Below are positions 25,266 through 32,000 of a stretch of DNA of 32,000 nt, piece by piece. Each line of letters begins with the position of its first letter. Within the stretch, counting starts at the first letter, position 1. Position numbers and translations under genes: made by a program. The notes beneath the pieces were generated by a model that was given only the letters and a program-made list of their open reading frames with translations, was not told the origin of the DNA and made no database searches. Source of the DNA: Nitrosospira multiformis ATCC 25196 (lineage in GTDB: Bacteria; Pseudomonadota; Gammaproteobacteria; Burkholderiales; Nitrosomonadaceae); the NCBI RefSeq assembly GCF_000196355.1, contig NC_007614.1:300001-332000 (forward strand). Reading direction: 5' to 3'.

Positions 25266-26288
25266 ATGAGAACTTCTGAATATGATCACGTGGACAATCT
25301 GGTAAATCAGGTGCCACTTTGGCCGCTGTTGACGAGCCGTGCGATGTTGCATCTGCTTTCCCCCGGGGGGCGGCGCGCCCGCCTGTCCATACTGATTTAT
25401 CATCGGGTGCTGCCCTGCCAGGATCCACTTTTTCCGGAGGAGAGTCATGCCCGGTCCTTCGATCAGCAGATGGAGCAGCTTGCGGCCTGTTTCAGGGTCA
25501 TATCTCTCGGGGAGGCGATTCGCGGCCTTCGTAATGGAACGCTGCCCCCACGTGCTGCCTGTGTCACTTTCGATGACGGTTATGCCGATAATGCGGAAAT
25601 CGCTTTGCCGATTCTGAAAAAACGCGGTATTCCTGCTACTTTTTTCGTGGCAACCGGTTTTCTCGACGGAGGCCGGATGTTCAACGATACCGTGATAGAA
25701 TTGATACGGGGTGCGCCGGGAAGCACCGTGGATCTTGATAGCCTGGGCTTGGGAAGGTTTCCGATCGGAACTGTTTCCGAGCGTCGTCAAACTATTCACC
25801 AGTTATTGGGCAAGCTCAAGTATCTGCCCTCCGCATTACGGCAATCGACCGTGGAGGCAATGTCGGCGTCAATTCCAGTCATGCTGCCTGACAATCTCAT
25901 GATGACCTCCGAGCAGGTCAGAATGATGCACAATGCAGGAATGGAAATAGGTGGGCATACCGCCAGTCATCCCATCCTGGCAAAAATGGAGAGCAGAGCA
26001 GCTTGTGCTGACATTGCCACCGGCAAAGAGATGCTGGAGGCCATTATTCGCGCTCCGGTGCGGTTTTTTGCCTACCCGAATGGGAAGCCGGGGAGAGACT
26101 ATTTGCCCGATCACGTCCGGATGGTAAAGAAGCTGGGGTTTGACGCGGCAGTCTCGACTGCCCATGGAGCAGCAAGAAAAGGAAGCGACCTCCATCAGCT
26201 CCCTCGGTTTACTCCCTGGGATAGGCGCCCGCTGCGATTCGCCCTTCTGATGGCGCGAAATATGCTGAAAACTGGAGAAACAGTTTAA
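25266..26288 (+). CDS. Polysaccharide deacetylase (NodB homology domain; PEP-CTERM-locus-like subfamily)
   Basis: CVTFDDGYADN (NodB motif 1), GGHTASHP (motif 2) and FFAYPNGKPGRDY (motif 3). ATG at 25266 preferred over the TTG at 25227. Confidence 0.8.
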   Translation: MRTSEYDHVDNLVNQVPLWPLLTSRAMLHLLSPGGRRARLSILIYHRVLPCQDPLFPEESHARSFDQQMEQLAACFRVISLGEAIRGLRNGTLPPRAACVTFDDGYADNAEIALPILKKRGIPATFFVATGFLDGGRMFNDTVIELIRGAPGSTVDLDSLGLGRFPIGTVSERRQTIHQLLGKLKYLPSALRQSTVEAMSASIPVMLPDNLMMTSEQVRMMHNAGMEIGGHTASHPILAKMESRAACADIATGKEMLEAIIRAPVRFFAYPNGKPGRDYLPDHVRMVKKLGFDAAVSTAHGAARKGSDLHQLPRFTPWDRRPLRFALLMARNMLKTGETV

Positions 26289-26438
26289 CGCCTGATCATA
26301 TAGGGATAGGGACTCCTGGTTTTTTCTTTATCCTCGAAGTTAATGCCGGCTTCCGCGCAACGGAAGGGAAGACCGGGAATTCCCTCTTCTTTGAGAAGTT
26401 CATATAAGTCAAGTTTCTTACGGCCATTTGCTCAATCT

Positions 26439-26909
26439 ATGGAAAGACCCATTACAGGATTTGATACCGATAGTGAGGGAGATCCAATCGCAATTCTGAC
26501 TTGCGGACACGCCCAGCACGTGCGGCATGATCCGCCGTTTATCAATCGCCCCTGGGTCACTTCCAAGCAGGGGCGCGAAGGCATGATAGGAAAGGCGCTT
26601 AACTGTGTCCGCTGCGATCAGTTCGAATTACCCGACTACTTTGTTCCCTACAAGCGGACGGCGGTCTTCACTGAGGAAACGGTACCGGCAGGATTGAGAA
26701 AAGACCACTCGACCAAAACCGGGGTATGGGGGAAGATCATCGTGGAAGCGGGAAAGCTTCGCTACCGGGTCGATACGTTGAACGTGGATACGGAATTGTC
26801 CGCAGAAACGGTTGGAGTGGTTGTGCCTGAGGTTCTCCACAATGTAGAACCTCAAGGCCCTGTCCGCTTTTTCGTCGAATTTTACCGAGCTCCGGATAAG
26901 GAGGCTTAA
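26439..26909 (+). CDS. DUF3565-like / DUF1971 (TehB-N/YeaR-like) two-domain protein
   Basis: N-terminal part LTCGHAQHVRHDPPFINRPWV...LNCVRC (Cys/His cluster). C-terminal part FTEETVPAGLRKDHSTKTGVWGKIIVEAGKLRY resembles the tellurite-resistance-related DUF1971 domain. Start uncertain: ATG at 26439 or ATG at 26343. Confidence 0.55.
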   Translation: MERPITGFDTDSEGDPIAILTCGHAQHVRHDPPFINRPWVTSKQGREGMIGKALNCVRCDQFELPDYFVPYKRTAVFTEETVPAGLRKDHSTKTGVWGKIIVEAGKLRYRVDTLNVDTELSAETVGVVVPEVLHNVEPQGPVRFFVEFYRAPDKEA

Positions 26910-27073
26910 AGAGCGTCTTTGGTACCTTCGTTGCATTCTTTGCTCAGGTATTCAAGATAGAGCATCAGATATGGCTCGGCTTCAGGGGCGGGCGCTCCCG
27001 CATAGGAGGAGGGAGTGAAAGCAAATCCGGCAGCAAGCGCAAGCGTGAAAATCCGGAAATAAATGTTTCTCAT
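26906..27073 (-). CDS. Small predicted secreted peptide (55 aa), not in the ORF track
   Basis: Hand translation: MRNIYFRIFTLALAAGFAFTPSSYAGAPAPEAEPYLMLYLEYLSKECNEGTKDAL. The sequence GGGAGGcagaATG provides an SD. Signal-peptide-like n/h regions with an S-Y-A|G cleavage-like site. The 3' end overlaps the convergent gene's stop by 4 nt. Confidence 0.35.
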   Translation of the reverse strand: MRNIYFRIFTLALAAGFAFTPSSYAGAPAPEAEPYLMLYLEYLSKECNEGTKDAL

Positions 27074-27277
27074 TCTGCCTCCCATCCCTGTCTGACCCTG
27101 GAAACTCTCGTTTCATGCATTCTCGTAATGAGTGTGGGAGGAAATGTAAATACCGGTCGAGGTTCAATGCGTTTCCACTTTTAACCGCATTCCACCTCTC
27201 GATGCTCGTATTCGGGTGAAGTCTTCACTATATTAAGTTTTTTGCAGAGTTTCCGTGAATGAAAAGAGGTCTTTCCA

Positions 27278-27306
27278 TTGACTGTTGTGCGCAAGCAGAT
27301 TAGAAT
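27278..27306 (+). promoter_or_regulatory. Candidate sigma70 promoter of the atp operon
   Basis: TTGACT (27278-27283), a 17-nt spacer, then TAGAAT (27301-27306), about 180 nt upstream of the atpI ATG. Confidence 0.45.
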
Positions 27307-27487
27307 CCGCGTGTTTTAAATAGGTCAAGCCGGATTTAATTATTCAGGAGGCCTGGAAGAAGGAAACAAGCGGTGCTGGCCAAGGAATTGAATTAAAATC
27401 AGGTCTTCCACGAACACACGTTCAACGAGCCAAGGTCACTCTCAACATCTGTTTTTGTGACTGGCGCTTTCCGACGAAGCTCAGCAA

Positions 27488-27880
27488 ATGCCCTGGATAC
27501 GAAACAAGCCGGTACGCGTTGTCATGCGTTGGCAACTGATTGTCACACTGGCGATGGTGCTAACGCTGGGTTTGTTATGGGGATTCCACGGCGCAGCCTC
27601 AGCTTTTCTGGGCGGTGTGGTCAGCATTGTTTCTGCAGCGGCGTTTTCTGCAATTGTCTCCAGGTATCGCGGCTCCACAGCGGGCGGCATATTGATCACG
27701 GCCCTGAAAGCAGAAGCGGTAAAGATAGTCCTCACAGTCGCATTGCTCTGGCTCGTGATGACGTTCTACAAGGATGTTGTTGCGATCGGATTTATCGGGA
27801 CCTTCATACTGACGGTTCTGATCTTCGGGCTGGCATTGTTCGTAACGGATGATGCAAAGGTTGCGCAAATAAAGCAATAA
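27488..27880 (+). CDS. atpI: ATP synthase protein I
   Basis: 130-aa hydrophobic protein with about 4 TM segments, directly upstream of atpB. This position and size are typical of AtpI. Confidence 0.7.
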   Translation: MPWIRNKPVRVVMRWQLIVTLAMVLTLGLLWGFHGAASAFLGGVVSIVSAAAFSAIVSRYRGSTAGGILITALKAEAVKIVLTVALLWLVMTFYKDVVAIGFIGTFILTVLIFGLALFVTDDAKVAQIKQ

Positions 27881-27901
27881 ACAGTTGAGATAGGCAAATA
27901 A

Positions 27902-28708
<807 letters not shown>

Positions 28709-28728
28709 TTCTGCGCTGCTGTTCTTAA

Positions 28729-29034
<306 letters not shown>

Positions 29035-29071
29035 TAGTGATTGCTCCCGGTATCATTCCCAGAGGCTAGCC

Positions 29072-29542
29072 ATGAACATAAACTTCACGCTTATTTCCCA
29101 GGCAATGGCATTTGCCATCTTCATCTGGTTCACGGTCAGGTTTGTGTGGCCTCCATTGATGCGCGCAATCGAGAATCGTCAGAAAACGATCGCCGAAGGT
29201 TTGGCTGCGGGCGAACGTGGCAAGCGCGAACTGGAACTGGCAAGTCAACGCTCAGGCGACGTCGTCCGGGAGGCCAAGCAGCGTGCATCCGATATCATCG
29301 CGCAGGCAGAAAAGCGTGCCGCAGAGATCGTGGATGAAGCCAAAGTAGCCGCAAGAGAAGAGGGCGACCGCATTCTTGTGGGTGCCAAGGCAGAGGTGGA
29401 GCAGGAAGTGTTTCGCGCAAAGGAAGTTTTGCGCCAGCAGGTGGCGGGCCTGGCGTTGGCGGGGGCTGCCAAGATCCTCCGGCGCGAGGTGGATGAAAAA
29501 GCCCACGCCGAACTGCTTGCATCCCTCAAGGCGGAGCTCTAG
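29072..29542 (+). CDS. atpF: F0 ATP synthase subunit b
   Basis: N-terminal TM segment ([23 protein letters not shown]) followed by a long charged, Ala-rich helix. Operon position fits. Confidence 0.9.
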   Translation: MNINFTLISQAMAFAIFIWFTVRFVWPPLMRAIENRQKTIAEGLAAGERGKRELELASQRSGDVVREAKQRASDIIAQAEKRAAEIVDEAKVAAREEGDRILVGAKAEVEQEVFRAKEVLRQQVAGLALAGAAKILRREVDEKAHAELLASLKAEL

Positions 29543-29545
29543 CCG

Positions 29546-30082
29546 ATGGCCGAAACTCGCACGATTGCCCGGCCTTATGCGGAGGCAGTCTTCAAACTTG
29601 CAAAAAACCAGAATGATCTCGCCCGCTGGGCAGACACATTGCAGTTGGCGGCCGCTGTCGCGGCCGACGAAAATGTCCGTTCATTGATCGGCAACCCCAA
29701 GATATCTTCCCGAAAACTGGGCGAGCTTTTTTTGAGCGTTTGCGGGAACAGGCTCAATGAAGAAGGTCGCAATTTCATCTTACTGCTGGCGGAAAACGGC
29801 AGGCTTGAAATTTTGCCCGAGGTAAATGAGTTGTATGAGCAACTCAAGACCCGTCATGAAGGCGTGCTGGATGCCAAAGTTATTTCTGCTTTTGCCATGA
29901 GCGATGCTCAATTGAAGGATCTGGTGACTGATCTCGAGGCCAAGTTCAAGCGCAAGATAGAGGCAAAAGTGAGCGTCGACGCGGATTTGATAGGCGGCGT
30001 GATAGTCGAAATAGGCGATGAGGTGCTTGACGCCTCCGTGCGAGGAAAACTGGAAGCCATGGCTGTTGCACTTAAAAGCTAG
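29546..30082 (+). CDS. atpH: F1 ATP synthase subunit delta
   Basis: IARPYAEAVFKLA N-terminus and the C-terminal DADLIGGVIVEIGDEVLDASVRGKL are OSCP/delta signatures. Confidence 0.9.
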   Translation: MAETRTIARPYAEAVFKLAKNQNDLARWADTLQLAAAVAADENVRSLIGNPKISSRKLGELFLSVCGNRLNEEGRNFILLLAENGRLEILPEVNELYEQLKTRHEGVLDAKVISAFAMSDAQLKDLVTDLEAKFKRKIEAKVSVDADLIGGVIVEIGDEVLDASVRGKLEAMAVALKS

Positions 30083-30097
30083 GAGTTAACTGAAAAA

Positions 30098-31639
30098 ATG
30101 CATTTAAATCCATCCGAGATCAGTGAACTGATCAAAAGCAGAATTGAAGGGCTTGAAGCAACCGCCGAAGTCCGGACACAAGGCACGGTGGTTTCCGTGA
30201 CCGACGGCATCGTGCGCATCCATGGACTGTCTGATGTGATGCAGGGCGAAATGCTTGAGTTCCCGGGTAATACCTTCGGTCTTGCGCTCAATCTGGAGCG
30301 CGATTCAGTGGGCGCGGTTGTTCTGGGTGAGTATGAGCACATTACCGAGGGCGATACCGTCAAGTGCACGGGCCGCATTCTGGAAGTTCCGGTAGGAGAG
30401 GAACTGATCGGCCGTGTAGTCAACGCGCTGGGGCAGCCCATCGACGGCAAGGGGCCGATAACAACCAAGCACTCCGAGCCGATAGAAAAGATTGCACCGG
30501 GCGTGGTGTGGCGTCAATCGGTGAATCAGCCGGTGCAGACCGGGCTGAAGGCGATCGACGCAATGGTTCCCATCGGGCGCGGCCAGCGTGAACTGATCAT
30601 TGGAGATCGTCAAACGGGAAAAACGGCAGTAGCTGTGGATGCAATCATCAACCAGAAGGGTGAGAACATGATTTGCATCTACGTTGCGATCGGTCAGAAA
30701 GCGTCGTCGATCAGTAACGTAGTGCGGAAGCTGGAAGAGCATGGGGCGATGGAATATACCATCGTCGTGGCTGCCACCGCTTCGGAGTCGGCCGCGATGC
30801 AGTTTATCGCCCCTTATTCCGGTTGCACGATGGGCGAGTATTTCCGCGATACCGGCAGGGACGCGCTGATTGTTTATGACGATTTGACCAAGCAAGCATG
30901 GGCTTATCGGCAGATTTCCCTGTTGTTGCGCCGCCCTCCTGGCCGGGAAGCCTATCCTGGAGATGTGTTTTATTTGCACTCGCGGCTGCTGGAACGCGCA
31001 GCGCGTGTCAGCGCGGCCTATGTGGAAAAAGAGACGAATGGCGCAGTCAAAGGCAAGACGGGTTCGCTGACAGCCTTGCCTGTGATCGAAACCCAGGCGG
31101 GTGACGTGACTGCATTCGTTCCCACCAACGTTATCTCCATTACTGATGGCCAGATTTTTCTGGAATCCGACCTGTTCAATGCAGGTATCCGGCCAGCTAT
31201 CAACGCCGGTATTTCAGTCTCTCGTGTAGGGGGCGCCGCGCAGACCAAAGTCATCAAGAAACTGGGTGGCGGCGTGCGTCTCGCATTGGCGCAATACCGG
31301 GAACTTGCCGCATTTGCCCAGTTCGCCTCCGACCTCGATGAAGCGACACGCAAGCAGCTTGAGCGCGGCAAGATGGTGACGGAACTGATGAAGCAGCCTC
31401 AGTACTCAACCCTGAGCGTATCCGAAATGGCGCTTACCCTGTTTGCCGTCAACAAAGGATACCTGGATGATGTGGAAGTAAGCCGCGCGTTGGCCTTTGA
31501 ATCTGCACTCAGAGGTTTCATTCGTAGCAAGTATGGGGCAATTCTGGACAAGATAGAGACCACCAAGGATCTGGATGCGGAAACCGAGAAGGAACTCGAT
31601 GCGGCAATCCAGGATTTCAAGAAAAACGGAACATACTGA
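30098..31639 (+). CDS. atpA: F1 ATP synthase subunit alpha
   Basis: Walker [12 protein letters not shown], then [45 protein letters not shown] and [26 protein letters not shown]. Confidence 0.98.
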   Translation: MHLNPSEISELIKSRIEGLEATAEVRTQGTVVSVTDGIVRIHGLSDVMQGEMLEFPGNTFGLALNLERDSVGAVVLGEYEHITEGDTVKCTGRILEVPVGEELIGRVVNALGQPIDGKGPITTKHSEPIEKIAPGVVWRQSVNQPVQTGLKAIDAMVPIGRGQRELIIGDRQTGKTAVAVDAIINQKGENMICIYVAIGQKASSISNVVRKLEEHGAMEYTIVVAATASESAAMQFIAPYSGCTMGEYFRDTGRDALIVYDDLTKQAWAYRQISLLLRRPPGREAYPGDVFYLHSRLLERAARVSAAYVEKETNGAVKGKTGSLTALPVIETQAGDVTAFVPTNVISITDGQIFLESDLFNAGIRPAINAGISVSRVGGAAQTKVIKKLGGGVRLALAQYRELAAFAQFASDLDEATRKQLERGKMVTELMKQPQYSTLSVSEMALTLFAVNKGYLDDVEVSRALAFESALRGFIRSKYGAILDKIETTKDLDAETEKELDAAIQDFKKNGTY

Positions 31640-31642
31640 CCG

Positions 31643-32000
31643 ATGGCAGGCAGCAGGGAAATACGCAACAAGATCAAAAGCGTAAAGAACACGCAGAAGA
31701 TCACGCGCGCGATGGAAATGGTGGCTGCATCCAAGATGCGCCGGGCGCAGGAACGCATGAAAAAAGCCAGGCCATACGGCGAGAAGATTCGCAACGTCGC
31801 AGCCCACATGAGCCGTGCTTACACCGAATACCGCCATCCGTTCCTGATAGAACGCGATACGGTAAAGCGCATAGGCATCATTGTGGTTACCTCCGACAAG
31901 GGTTTGTGCGGTGGACTCAACACAAACGTGCTGCGCATGGCGGTAAGCAAAATGAAAGCCTGGGAAGCGGAAGGCGAACAGATCGAGGTATGCTGTATCG
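31643..32000 (+). CDS. atpG: F1 ATP synthase subunit gamma (5' partial, runs off window)
   Basis: Hand translation from the ATG at 31643: [39 protein letters not shown]... is the canonical gamma N-terminus. The ORF is still open at 32000. Confidence 0.9.
   Translation, partial: MAGSREIRNKIKSVKNTQKITRAMEMVAASKMRRAQERMKKARPYGEKIRNVAAHMSRAYTEYRHPFLIERDTVKRIGIIVVTSDKGLCGGLNTNVLRMAVSKMKAWEAEGEQIEVCCI

Noticed and set aside
26350-26384. Hairpin CTTCCG-cgcaa-CGGAAG (26350-26366) and the perfect palindrome GGGAATTCCC (26375-26384) downstream of the deacetylase gene
   Set aside because: The stems are short, and they would fall inside the coding region if the downstream gene starts at 26343. I cannot tell a weak terminator or operator from chance.
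26982-27167. 61-aa - strand ORF from the track (MNLDRYLHFLPHSLREC...)
   Set aside because: It is Cys/His/Arg-rich, has no SD and no signal-like features. A different frame on the same strand (26906-27073) gives a far more protein-like small ORF with a strong SD.

Overview
The window has two parts. Positions ~170-26900 are a large polysaccharide (EPS/LPS-type) biosynthesis and decoration locus. Positions ~27280-32000 are the start of an F1Fo ATP synthase operon (atpI-B-E-F-H-A and the 5' part of atpG), preceded by a near-consensus sigma70-like promoter.

The glycan locus splits into three blocks:
(a) 168-15273, a tightly packed + strand operon. It holds a GT-C membrane transferase, an ArnC/GtrB-like GT2, two class I methyltransferases, a VOC-fold protein, an FkbH-like loader plus ACP, a NeuD/PglD/VioB-type acyltransferase, WbqC, a small SMR/ArnE-F-like membrane protein, a WecE-like transaminase, two GT4 enzymes, a CapK/PaaK-like ligase and a Wzx-type flippase.
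(b) 15317-20185, a - strand block. It holds an orphan ~14-TM 616-aa membrane protein, two FkbM-type methyltransferases and a GT4 carrying two C8 tracts.
(c) 20636-26909. It holds a GT2, a sulfotransferase divergent from a stand-alone APS kinase (cysC), an O-antigen-ligase-like protein, a NodB-type deacetylase and a DUF3565/DUF1971-like protein.

I saw no tRNA/rRNA, CRISPR array, transposase or integrase.

The most interesting hypotheses are:
- An Arn/Gtr-style periplasmic glycosylation module coupled to a dTDP-4-amino-4,6-dideoxyhexose pathway, with an ACP-tethered (FkbH-loaded) acyl donor.
- A dedicated PAPS-supply plus sulfotransferase pair, implying a sulfated glycan.
- Possible slipped-strand switches in glycosyltransferase genes.

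From memory, the gene content and protein sequences resemble a betaproteobacterium with an exosortase/PEP-CTERM-type EPS locus. I could not run any search, so all family assignments rest on motifs read by eye.
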